From positions 29,662 through 93,661 of the forward strand of contig DCWA01000006.1 in assembly GCA_002327445.1 (NCBI GenBank): a DNA stretch of 64,000 bases. Direction: 5' to 3'. The DNA is from Desulfobacteraceae bacterium UBA2174. Its GTDB lineage: Bacteria > Desulfobacterota > Desulfobacteria > Desulfobacterales > UBA2174. Position numbers and translations under genes: made by a program. The notes beneath the pieces are model-generated. The model worked only from the letters and a program-made list of their open reading frames with translations, ran no database searches and had not been told where the DNA came from. Positions 39,782 to 48,569 of this stretch are shown one piece after another; the first letter of the stretch is position 1, and each line of letters starts with the position of its first letter.

Positions 39782-42555
39782 GCCGCCGCTTGCCTCGGGC
39801 CGAACCCCGCGTTTGCGCTGGAGTGCTTATGGGCAACTTGCATCGATGTGTATTCGGAAGCCGACGGGATGGGGAATCGTCCCGGCAGGGCCGGCGCGCC
39901 CCCTTGGCGTGGGGTTTGTTGCTGTGGATCGGCTGCGCACTGCTGCCGGTGACACTGTGGGCCCAGACGGCGGCGGTCAAGGTGCTGATCCTGCCGCTGC
40001 GCGTCTATGCCGAAGCGCCCGATCCAGCCCTGGGCAGCCAGATGGTGGAAGTGCCCGCCAACCGGCTCACGGAGGCCGGCGCCACCGTGGAAAAGGCGGA
40101 CCTGACCCCCGAGGCTCTGGTGGCGTTGCTGGACAGCGGCCCGGGGGCCATCCTGGATTACGCCCGCCGCCAGGAGGCGGACTACGCGATCTGGGGCAGC
40201 GCCACCTGGATCGGCCAGCAGTTTTCCATTGACAGCCGCTTGGTGGAGACGCTCTCGGGGCAGACCGAGACCTTTTTTTACGAGGGCCGCAGAACCGAAG
40301 ACATGGGCGCCGTGCTCGCCAGCATGGCCCGCGACGTCGTTGACCGGATTTTCCGGCGCGAGAAGATCGCCTCCATCGAAATCGAGGGCAACCAGCGTAT
40401 CGAGGCCGATGCCATCCAACGGGTGATCCGCAGCGCGGCGGGCGACGCCTACGACCCCAAGGTGCTGGGGGAAGATTTGAAGGCCGTGTTCGGCATGGGC
40501 TATTTCGATGACATCCGCGTCGAATCCGAAACGGTGGCGGGGGGCAAGCAGGTTACCTTCGTCGTGAAGGAAAAACCCACCCTGCGCACGATTCGCATCA
40601 AGGGCAATCGCGCCCTTGACGACGAGAAGATCCGCGAGGTTATGACCCTGCGCACCGGCTCCATCGTCAACGTGAAGCATATCCGCAACAACATCGAGCG
40701 GATTGAAACCCTCTACAAAGACAAGAATTATCACAACGTCCAGGTGACCCATGCCGTCTTGCCCCTGGAAAACAACCAGGCCGACCTGGAACTGACCATC
40801 GCGGAAGGAGAAAAGGTCCGCATCGAGGAAATCGTCTTCGAAGGCAACGCCGTGGCCTCCGACAAGCAGCTCAAGAAGCTGATCAAAACCTCCGAGGCAT
40901 CGATGTTTTCCTGGATCACCTCCGCCGGCGAACTCAAGCAGGAGGTGCTCAACCAGGATGTGGGCCAAATCCTGGCCTATTACAACAACGACGGTTATAT
41001 CCAGGCCAAGGTGGCCGATCCGGTGGTCGAATACCTGCCGGAGGGCATCCGCGTGACTTTCAAGATCGACGAAGGGCCCCGGTACGGCGTCGGCGCCGTC
41101 ACGGTGAGTGGAGACCTGGTGCGGCCGGCGCCGGAGCTGATCGACAAGCTGCGGATCGTCAAAGAGCCGCATTTCAGCCGTGAGACGGTGCGCAACGACG
41201 TGCTGATGCTTACCGATCTCTACTCCGACGAAGGGTACGCTTACGCCGAGATCGTGCCCAAGGTGGAGCAGCATCCCGACACCCTCAAAGTGGACATCGA
41301 TTTCGCCGTCGCGAAGGGACCGCTGGTCTATTTCGAAAAAATCGTCATTGCCGGCAACACCAAGACCCGTGACAAGGTGATTCGACGGGAGCTGGAAGTC
41401 TACGAGCAGGAACTTTACAACGGGGCCAAACTGAAAAAGGGGGTGCGCAACCTTTTCCGACTCGACTACTTCGAGGACGTCAAGGTCGATACGACCAAGG
41501 GAACCAGTGACGACAGCATGGTGCTCAAGGTGGATGTGACCGAGAAACCCACCGGGGCCTTCACCTTCGGCGGCGGTTACAGCAGCGTCGAGGATGCCTT
41601 CACCATGTTCTCCATTTCCCAGCGCAACTTCCGGGGCCGTGGCCAGGTGCTGCAGGCCAGAGCCCAACTCGGCGGGGTGACGAACAAGTTCAGCCTGAGC
41701 TTCACCGAGCCCTGGCTCTTCGATATCCCCCTCTCGGCCACGGTGGAGGCATACAACTGGGAGGTGGACTACGACTACTACGACAAGGACAGCATCGGGG
41801 CCGGGCTGCGCCTGAGCTACCCGTTCTGGGAAAACGTGCGCCTCTACTGGGGCTATCGCATCGACCTGTCCGAGGTCACGGCGATCAGCACCAATGCCTC
41901 CGAGTCCATCTGGCAGATGGAAGGCGAGAATCTCACCAGCAGCACCGAGGTGGCCATCCGCTACGACTCGCGCAACCGGTTGTTCAATCCCACCGAAGGT
42001 TCGATGCACGGCATCAGCCTCGAGTACGCCGGGCTGGGGGGAGACGTGGGTTTTATCAAGACCGAGGCGGAAACCGGCAGGTACTTTCCTCTCTCCAAAA
42101 AGCTCACCGGCTTTCTGCGGGCCAAGGGGGGAATGATCGAGGACGTCTCCGGCAAGCTCCTGCCGGACTACGAAAAATTCTACCTCGGCGGCATCAACTC
42201 CCTGCGCGGATTCCGTTGGGAGGATCTCGCGCCAAAGGAGCCGAGCCGGCACCCGTATTATCCGGGAGAGTTGGTGGAAGTGGGCGGGGACAAGTACGTC
42301 CAGTTCAACGCCGAGCTCATCTTTCCCATCGACGAGAAAAGCGGAGTGATGGGGGTGGTCTTCTTCGATACCGGCGAAGTCTTCGGCAGCGATGAGAACG
42401 TGGATTTCGGCCAGTTGCGCGAGAGCATCGGCGCGGGCTTCCGGTGGTATTCGCCGGTCGGTCCCATCCGGGTCGAGTACGGGCACATCCTCGATCCCAA
42501 GGATGGCTTCGGCGAGGGGGGCCGCTGGGAATTCACCATGGGGACGGCATTTTAG
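39778..42555 (+). CDS. bamA: Outer membrane protein assembly factor BamA (start uncertain)
   Basis: POTRA repeats (GNTKTRDKVIRRE), LRGF motif, WYSPVGP, C-terminal F. Confidence 0.95.
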   Translation: MSRRLPRAEPRVCAGVLMGNLHRCVFGSRRDGESSRQGRRAPLAWGLLLWIGCALLPVTLWAQTAAVKVLILPLRVYAEAPDPALGSQMVEVPANRLTEAGATVEKADLTPEALVALLDSGPGAILDYARRQEADYAIWGSATWIGQQFSIDSRLVETLSGQTETFFYEGRRTEDMGAVLASMARDVVDRIFRREKIASIEIEGNQRIEADAIQRVIRSAAGDAYDPKVLGEDLKAVFGMGYFDDIRVESETVAGGKQVTFVVKEKPTLRTIRIKGNRALDDEKIREVMTLRTGSIVNVKHIRNNIERIETLYKDKNYHNVQVTHAVLPLENNQADLELTIAEGEKVRIEEIVFEGNAVASDKQLKKLIKTSEASMFSWITSAGELKQEVLNQDVGQILAYYNNDGYIQAKVADPVVEYLPEGIRVTFKIDEGPRYGVGAVTVSGDLVRPAPELIDKLRIVKEPHFSRETVRNDVLMLTDLYSDEGYAYAEIVPKVEQHPDTLKVDIDFAVAKGPLVYFEKIVIAGNTKTRDKVIRRELEVYEQELYNGAKLKKGVRNLFRLDYFEDVKVDTTKGTSDDSMVLKVDVTEKPTGAFTFGGGYSSVEDAFTMFSISQRNFRGRGQVLQARAQLGGVTNKFSLSFTEPWLFDIPLSATVEAYNWEVDYDYYDKDSIGAGLRLSYPFWENVRLYWGYRIDLSEVTAISTNASESIWQMEGENLTSSTEVAIRYDSRNRLFNPTEGSMHGISLEYAGLGGDVGFIKTEAETGRYFPLSKKLTGFLRAKGGMIEDVSGKLLPDYEKFYLGGINSLRGFRWEDLAPKEPSRHPYYPGELVEVGGDKYVQFNAELIFPIDEKSGVMGVVFFDTGEVFGSDENVDFGQLRESIGAGFRWYSPVGPIRVEYGHILDPKDGFGEGGRWEFTMGTAF

Positions 42556-42578
42556 GGAGCGAAAGGAAAATGTGGTTT

Positions 42579-42726
42579 GAAGTGTCAAGTAAATAAAGTG
42601 TCCAGTGAACTAAAGTGCCTAAAGTGATCTAAAGTGAAGGAATTCTGGCAGTTATAAAAAAACTGGAGCGCAGCGACACCACAACTTTAGGCACTTGTCA
42701 CTTTAGGCACTCGTTATTTTAGTCAT
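42579..42726 (+). repeat. Intergenic palindromic tandem-repeat element, copy 2
   Basis: Shares AAGGAATTCTGGCAGTT and the 32-bp GGAGCGCAGCGACACCACAACTTTAGGCACTT with 10589-10736. Confidence 0.85.
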
Positions 42727-42768
42727 TATATTTTCGGATTTTCATTCGGATAAGGAGTCAAGGGGATC

Positions 42769-43302
42769 ATGCGAAACAAGGTGCTGTGGACGGGATTGGT
42801 CCTGGCGGTGGTGATGGGATTGGCGTCCTTTGCCGGGGCCGCGGATATGCGTATCGCGATCATCGATTTCCAGCGCATTCTGGACGAGTCCCGGGCGGGC
42901 AAGTCCGCTCAGGAGACGATCAATCAGCAGGGCCGCGAGATGGAAACGGATTTGAAAACCAAGGGGGAGACCCTGGAGCAGATGAAGGCGCAGCTCCAGA
43001 AGGACGCCATGGTGATGAGCAAGGAGACGCGGGAGGAAAAAGAGCGAGAATTCCGCATTAAGGTCAACGACTTTCGCGAAGTGCAGCAGGAGTTCGCCAA
43101 AAAGGCCCGCGAAATGCAGATCCGGGCCATGGGAAAGATTCGCAACGAGATCGATGCGCTGGCCAAGGCGCTGGCCGAGGAACGGGGAGTCACCCTCATG
43201 ATCGAGAAGCAGGAGGCGGGGGTAATCTACGCGCCGGCCGATAGCGACCTCACCGGCGAGATCATCCGGCGCTACGACGCCCAGTTCGCCAAGGGCAACT
43301 GA
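42769..43302 (+). CDS. skp: OmpH/Skp periplasmic chaperone
   Basis: Signal peptide, IAIIDFQRIL, coiled coil, DLTGEII; follows bamA. Confidence 0.92.
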   Translation: MRNKVLWTGLVLAVVMGLASFAGAADMRIAIIDFQRILDESRAGKSAQETINQQGREMETDLKTKGETLEQMKAQLQKDAMVMSKETREEKEREFRIKVNDFREVQQEFAKKAREMQIRAMGKIRNEIDALAKALAEERGVTLMIEKQEAGVIYAPADSDLTGEIIRRYDAQFAKGN

Positions 43303-44396
43303 TGGCCATCACCCATCCCCCCCGGGCATGGACGCTGGCCCGGCTCGCCGGGATGCTGGGGGGAGAATGCCGCGGTGATGCCGGGCGTCGGATCTCCGGT
43401 GCCGCCCCTTTCGAAACGGCCGATCCGGACCAGATCAGCTTTGCCGTGGGGCCATTTCTCAAGCGCCTGGACGCTTCCCGCGCCGGGGCCTTCATCGTCC
43501 CCCGGGGCGCCGGTGTGCAGGGCCGCGACAGCATCGAAGCGGACTGGCCCCAGGCGGCTTTCGCCAATGCCTTGCGGCTGTTTTACCCGCGGCGGCGGCC
43601 GGAAGCGGGCATTGCGCCGACAGCCGTAATCGGTTCCGGTCTGGAATGCGGCGAGGCGGTATCCATCGGCGCCGGAACGGTGATCGGCGACGGTGTGACC
43701 CTGGGGCCGGGGGTGATTCTTCATCCCTGCGTCGTGCTGGGGGACGGGGTTTCGGTGGGCGCCGGCAGCGAAATTTTTTCGCACGTGACGATCCTCGCCG
43801 GCTGCCGCATCGGCGAGCGGGTGCGCATCCAGTCGGGCACCGTGATCGGGTCCGACGGTTTCGGCTATGCCCGGGAGGGGGATCGCTACATCAAGATCCC
43901 CCATCGCGGTATCGTTCAGGTCGATGACGACGTGGAGATCGGCGCCTGCAACACCATCGACCGGGCCACCTACGGTCGTACCTGGCTGCAGCGCGGTGTC
44001 AAGACCGACAACCTGGTTCATATCGCCCACAACGTCACCGTGGGGGAGAACACCGTCATCGTGGCCCAGGTGGGCATCTCCGGGAGCGTCACCATCGGCC
44101 GGCAGGTGATTCTGGCCGGACAGGCCGGAGTGGCCGGGCACCTGTCCATCGGTGACGGCGCAACCGTCGGCCCCCGGGCCGGGGTCGTCCGATCCGTGGC
44201 GCCGGGCGATGTAGTTTCCGGCACCCCCCAGATGCCCCATCGGCAGTGGCTCCGGGTGCAACGGGTCACGCCGCAACTGCCCGATCTGGCCAGGCGCCTG
44301 CGCGAACTGGAAAAGCGCCTGGAGGATTTGGAGGGGACGGCTCGGCCGAGAAACGGGGGCGAGATGCGATCCCGAGGTTCACAGGAGGCGCCATGA
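43302..44396 (+). CDS. lpxD: UDP-3-O-acylglucosamine N-acyltransferase
   Basis: Hexapeptide repeats, GSDGFGY, TIDRAT, DNLVHIAHN. Confidence 0.95.
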   Translation: MAITHPPRAWTLARLAGMLGGECRGDAGRRISGAAPFETADPDQISFAVGPFLKRLDASRAGAFIVPRGAGVQGRDSIEADWPQAAFANALRLFYPRRRPEAGIAPTAVIGSGLECGEAVSIGAGTVIGDGVTLGPGVILHPCVVLGDGVSVGAGSEIFSHVTILAGCRIGERVRIQSGTVIGSDGFGYAREGDRYIKIPHRGIVQVDDDVEIGACNTIDRATYGRTWLQRGVKTDNLVHIAHNVTVGENTVIVAQVGISGSVTIGRQVILAGQAGVAGHLSIGDGATVGPRAGVVRSVAPGDVVSGTPQMPHRQWLRVQRVTPQLPDLARRLRELEKRLEDLEGTARPRNGGEMRSRGSQEAP

Positions 44397-44839
44397 GCGA
44401 ACCCGTGTACGACATCCGCAGGATCATGTCGGTGCTACCCCACCGTTATCCGTTCATCCTCGTGGACCGGGTGCTGGAGATGGTGGTGGGCCAACGGATT
44501 CGCGCACTGAAGAACGTCACGATCAACGAACCGTTCTTCAACGGGCATTTTCCCGGTATGCCGGTGATGCCCGGGGTGATGATGCTCGAGGCCATGGGCC
44601 AGGCGGGGGGGTTACTGATCTTGGCCTCCCATGAGCCGGCGGAAAACGAGCTGCTCTACTTCACCGGCATGGACCGGGTCCGCTTCCGCCGGCCGGTGGT
44701 GCCGGGGGACCAGTTGATCCTGGAGGCGCATTTTCTGAACGTGCGCACCCGGGCCGGCAAGATCGCCGCCAGGGCCACGGTCGGCGAACAGTTGGCGGCC
44801 GAGGCCGAGTTGATGGCCACCTTTGGAGAAAAGCCATGA
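44393..44839 (+). CDS. fabZ: 3-hydroxyacyl-ACP dehydratase
   Basis: LPHRYPFILVD, KNVTINEPFFNGHFP, PGVMMLEAMGQ. Confidence 0.96.
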   Translation: MSEPVYDIRRIMSVLPHRYPFILVDRVLEMVVGQRIRALKNVTINEPFFNGHFPGMPVMPGVMMLEAMGQAGGLLILASHEPAENELLYFTGMDRVRFRRPVVPGDQLILEAHFLNVRTRAGKIAARATVGEQLAAEAELMATFGEKP

Positions 44840-45606
44840 TTCATCCGACGGCAATCGTTCATCCCGGCGCCGAGATCGGCGCCCGTGTCGCCATCGGCCC
44901 CTATGCCGTCATCGGTGACCACGTGCGCATCGGCGACGGTACCACGGTCGGCAGCCACGCCGTCATCGACCCGTATACCCAGATCGGTCGCGATTGCCGG
45001 ATTTTTCAATTTGCCGCTCTCGGCGGCGTCCCCCAGTCGGTCAAATTCCAGGGCGAGGAGACCGTGGTACGCATCGGCGACGGTTGCACGCTGCGGGAAT
45101 TCGTCACTATTCACCGCGGTACCGGCTTCGGCGGTGGCGTGACCGAGATAGGCGAAAGCTGTTTCCTGATGGCCTATACCCACGTGGCTCACGATTGCCG
45201 CATCGGCCGCCATGTGACCATGGCCAACAACACCACGTTGGCGGGACACATCGAGATCGGCGACCACGCCACCGTGGGCGGGCTGGTGGCCGTGCACCAA
45301 TTCGTGCGTATCGGCGATCACGCCTTCATCGGCGGCAAGTCGGCCGTGGTCAAGGATATCCCGCCCTTCGTGATCGCCGCCGGCGATCGCGCCACCCTCC
45401 ACGGGCTCAACCGGGTCGGACTCCAACGCCACGGCTTTCCCCCGGAGACCCTCGCGGCCCTGAAAAAGACCTATCGCATCGTGTTTCGCTTCGGTCTGAC
45501 GCTCAAGGAAGCCCTGGCCCGGGTCGAGGCCGAGGTGACGCCGATTCCCGAAGTGGTCCGGTTCATCGAGTTTCTCAAGTCCTCCCAGCGGGGAATTACC
45601 CGCTAG
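44836..45606 (+). CDS. lpxA: UDP-GlcNAc acyltransferase
   Basis: IHPTAIV, REFVTIHRGT, HVAHDC, HQF, GLNRVGL. Confidence 0.96.
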   Translation: MIHPTAIVHPGAEIGARVAIGPYAVIGDHVRIGDGTTVGSHAVIDPYTQIGRDCRIFQFAALGGVPQSVKFQGEETVVRIGDGCTLREFVTIHRGTGFGGGVTEIGESCFLMAYTHVAHDCRIGRHVTMANNTTLAGHIEIGDHATVGGLVAVHQFVRIGDHAFIGGKSAVVKDIPPFVIAAGDRATLHGLNRVGLQRHGFPPETLAALKKTYRIVFRFGLTLKEALARVEAEVTPIPEVVRFIEFLKSSQRGITR

Positions 45607-45648
45607 CCCGGCGGCGCGGTGTGGAGCCGCCGTCCTTCGGAGTGGTGC

Positions 45649-46467
45649 ATGCAACCGATCGGTTTGATCGCCGGCGGCGGCCAGTTCCCGTTGATTTTCG
45701 CCCGCCGGGCCAAAGCCCGGGGTTACCGCGTGATGGCCGCCGCCTTCCATGGGGAAACCGACGCCGCCCTGGCCGACGAAGTCGCGGCCATCGAGTGGTT
45801 TTACCTGGGGCAACTGGGACGGCTGATGCGGTTTTTCAAGTCCCACGGAATCGGTGAAGCGGTGATGATGGGCCGCATCACCAAAACGCGGATGTTTACC
45901 AACGTGCGGCCGGACGTCAAGGCCATCGGTTTGCTGGCGAAGATGCGCCACACCCACGACGACGGGTTGCTGCGGGCCGTGGCCGGCGCTCTGGAGGCCG
46001 AGGGAATCCAGGTGCGGGCCGCCACGTTTCTGCTGCCGGAAATGCTGGCGCCGGCCGGCTGCTGGACCCGTCGGCGCCCCGGCCGCGGCGAACTGGCCGA
46101 CATTCGTTTCGGCTGGGACATCGCCCGGGAGATCGGGCGCCTGGACATCGGCCAGTGCGTGGTGGTGGGCGGCGGCACCGTGCTGGCGGTGGAGGCCATC
46201 GACGGCACCGACGCCACTTTGCGCCGCGGGGGCGCTTTGGGCAAGGGGCAGGCCGTGGCGGTGAAAGTCTCCAAGCCGAACCAGGACCTGCGCTTTGACA
46301 TGCCGGCGGTGGGGGTGGAAACGGTGGCCAGCATGTACGAAGCCGGGATTCGCGCCCTGGCGGTGGAGGCGGGTCGGGCCGTGGTCTTCGACCGGGCGGA
46401 GATGATCGCCCTGGCGGATCGCCACGGCATCGCCATTCTTGGATGGCCGGAGGAGGGGAGGGGGTAA
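45649..46467 (+). CDS. lpxI: UDP-2,3-diacylglucosamine diphosphatase LpxI
   Basis: GLIAGGGQFP, DIGQ, AVEAIDGTD, KPNQDLRFDMP. Confidence 0.92.
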   Translation: MQPIGLIAGGGQFPLIFARRAKARGYRVMAAAFHGETDAALADEVAAIEWFYLGQLGRLMRFFKSHGIGEAVMMGRITKTRMFTNVRPDVKAIGLLAKMRHTHDDGLLRAVAGALEAEGIQVRAATFLLPEMLAPAGCWTRRRPGRGELADIRFGWDIAREIGRLDIGQCVVVGGGTVLAVEAIDGTDATLRRGGALGKGQAVAVKVSKPNQDLRFDMPAVGVETVASMYEAGIRALAVEAGRAVVFDRAEMIALADRHGIAILGWPEEGRG

Positions 46468-47430
46468 ATGAGTCGACTGCGGGTCGCGGTGGTGGGCGTC
46501 GGCTACCTGGGCCGTTTTCATGCCGTCAAGTACGCCGGTATCGAAGGGGTCGAACTGGTGGGGGTGGCCGACAGCGACATCGGCCGGGCCGAGCTGGTCG
46601 CCGCCGAGGTGGGCTGCCGGGCCTACGGCGACTACCGCCAGCTGCTGGGACAGGTGGATGCGGCCAGCATCGTGGTACCCACGCCGGCCCATTTCGACGT
46701 CGGGCGCGACTTTTTGTCCCACGGTGCCGACGTGCTCATCGAAAAGCCCATCACCGTCACCCTGGCCCAGGCCGACACCCTCATCGAACTGGCCGAAAGG
46801 CAGGGGCGTCTCATCCAGGTGGGGCACCTGGAGCGGTTCAATCCCGCCCTGGTGGCCGCGAGGGACCGAATCGGCGATCCTCGGTTCATCGAGGCCCGCC
46901 GGTTGAACACCTACACCCCCCGGGGGACGGACGTGCCGGTGGTCCTGGACCTGATGATCCATGACATCGAGATCGTCCTGCACCTGGTGCCGGCGCCCGT
47001 GCGCGAGATCCGGACATCGGGCCTGGCGGTGGTCTCGCCCCATGTCGATGTGGCCAGCGCGCGGCTGGAATTCTCCAACGGATGCGTGGCCAATCTCACC
47101 GCCAGTCGCCTGGCGGCCCAGAGCGAACGCCGGATGCACCTTTATCAGGCCGACGGATGCCTGGAGGTGGATTTCGGCCAGCGCCGTTTTGCTGCGATTC
47201 ACACCGATCCCGCCAGTCCGCCGCCCGGTATGCGTACCGATACGCGGCAACTGGAAGCCGGTGATGCCCTGGACGCTGAAATCCGCTCTTTTGTGGCCGC
47301 GGTGCGGGAGCGCCGGCCGCCTGAAGTGACGGGTCGGATGGGCCGGGCGGCCCTGGACGTGGCCTTGCGGGTCCTGGAGGGGATCGACGGATCCAACGGG
47401 GGAAGAATCGCGCAAAGGGAGGCGCCGTGA
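46468..47430 (+). CDS. Gfo/Idh/MocA oxidoreductase (GnnA-like)
   Basis: GVGYLG, EKP, VGHLERFNPA, DLMIHDI; lies between lpxI and lpxB. Confidence 0.85.
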   Translation: MSRLRVAVVGVGYLGRFHAVKYAGIEGVELVGVADSDIGRAELVAAEVGCRAYGDYRQLLGQVDAASIVVPTPAHFDVGRDFLSHGADVLIEKPITVTLAQADTLIELAERQGRLIQVGHLERFNPALVAARDRIGDPRFIEARRLNTYTPRGTDVPVVLDLMIHDIEIVLHLVPAPVREIRTSGLAVVSPHVDVASARLEFSNGCVANLTASRLAAQSERRMHLYQADGCLEVDFGQRRFAAIHTDPASPPPGMRTDTRQLEAGDALDAEIRSFVAAVRERRPPEVTGRMGRAALDVALRVLEGIDGSNGGRIAQREAP

Positions 47431-48560
47431 CATCCGGATCGGTGATGATCATCGCCGGCGAGGCATCGGCGGACGTCCATGGCGCCGGGGTGGTGCGGGC
47501 TCTGCACCGGCGCCTGCCGGATCTGGCCTGTTTCGGCGTCGGCGGATCGGCCCTGCGCGGTGCCGGAGTGGAGATTCTCGTGGATGCCGCCGACCTGGCG
47601 GTGGTGGGGATCACCGAGGTGGCGGCCAAGGCCCGATCCCTGGCCGATGCCCTGGGCCGGGTGCGCCGAGCCCTGGCACGGCGGCGCCCCGATCTGCTGG
47701 TGCTCATCGATCTGCCGGACTTCAATCTCATGGTGGCGGCCACGGCCCGGCGGCTCGGGATTCCGGTGCTTTACTACATCAGTCCCCAGATCTGGGCCTG
47801 GCGTTCCGGCCGGATCCGCAAGGTCGCCCGGCGGGTGGATCACATGGCGGTGATCCTGCCTTTCGAGGCGTCCCTCTACCGCCGCTACGGGGTGCCGGTG
47901 ACCTTTGTGGGCCATCCGCTGATGGACGCGGCGCCGCCGTTGAGTGACGAACCTGCGGGGCCGGCGCGGGTAGGGCTGCTTCCCGGAAGCCGGGACCGGG
48001 AAATCGAGCGCCACCTGCCGGTGATGCTGGACGCCGCTGCGCGGGTGGCCCGGCAGCGGCCGGACGTGCGCTGGACGGTGTCCATCGCCCCCGGCGTCGC
48101 CCCGGAATCCATCCATCGGATCATCGCGGAAGCCGGACGAGGGCTGACGGTGAACACCGTGGCGGGCGGGGTCCGGGGCATCCTGGCCGAGAGCACCCTG
48201 GTGGTGGCCGCCTCGGGTACCGTGACCCTGGAGGCGGCCATCGCCGGCACGCCGACGATCATCGTCTACAAGGTATCGGCGTTGAGCTACCTTCTGGGGA
48301 GGGCCTTGATCCGGGTGCCCTTCATCGGCCTGGCCAACCTCATCGCCGAGTCCCCCGTGGTTCCCGAATTGATCCAGGGGCAGGCCACAGGCGAGCAGAT
48401 CGGCAGCCACCTGATCGCGCTGCTCGAAAACCCGGAACGCCGCCGGCGGATGCGGAACGCCCTGGCAGCGGTTCGCCGGCGCCTTGGACCGCCGGGGGCC
48501 GCCGAGCGGGTCGCGGACATCGCTTGCCGCATGATCGCCGCCGGTCCTTCACACCGTTGA
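47427..48560 (+). CDS. lpxB: Lipid-A-disaccharide synthase
   Basis: AGEASAD, IDLPDFN, SPQIWAWR, FVGHPL, LLPGSR, SGTVTLE. Confidence 0.95.
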   Translation: MTSGSVMIIAGEASADVHGAGVVRALHRRLPDLACFGVGGSALRGAGVEILVDAADLAVVGITEVAAKARSLADALGRVRRALARRRPDLLVLIDLPDFNLMVAATARRLGIPVLYYISPQIWAWRSGRIRKVARRVDHMAVILPFEASLYRRYGVPVTFVGHPLMDAAPPLSDEPAGPARVGLLPGSRDREIERHLPVMLDAAARVARQRPDVRWTVSIAPGVAPESIHRIIAEAGRGLTVNTVAGGVRGILAESTLVVAASGTVTLEAAIAGTPTIIVYKVSALSYLLGRALIRVPFIGLANLIAESPVVPELIQGQATGEQIGSHLIALLENPERRRRMRNALAAVRRRLGPPGAAERVADIACRMIAAGPSHR

Positions 48561-48569
48561 GATGATGAC

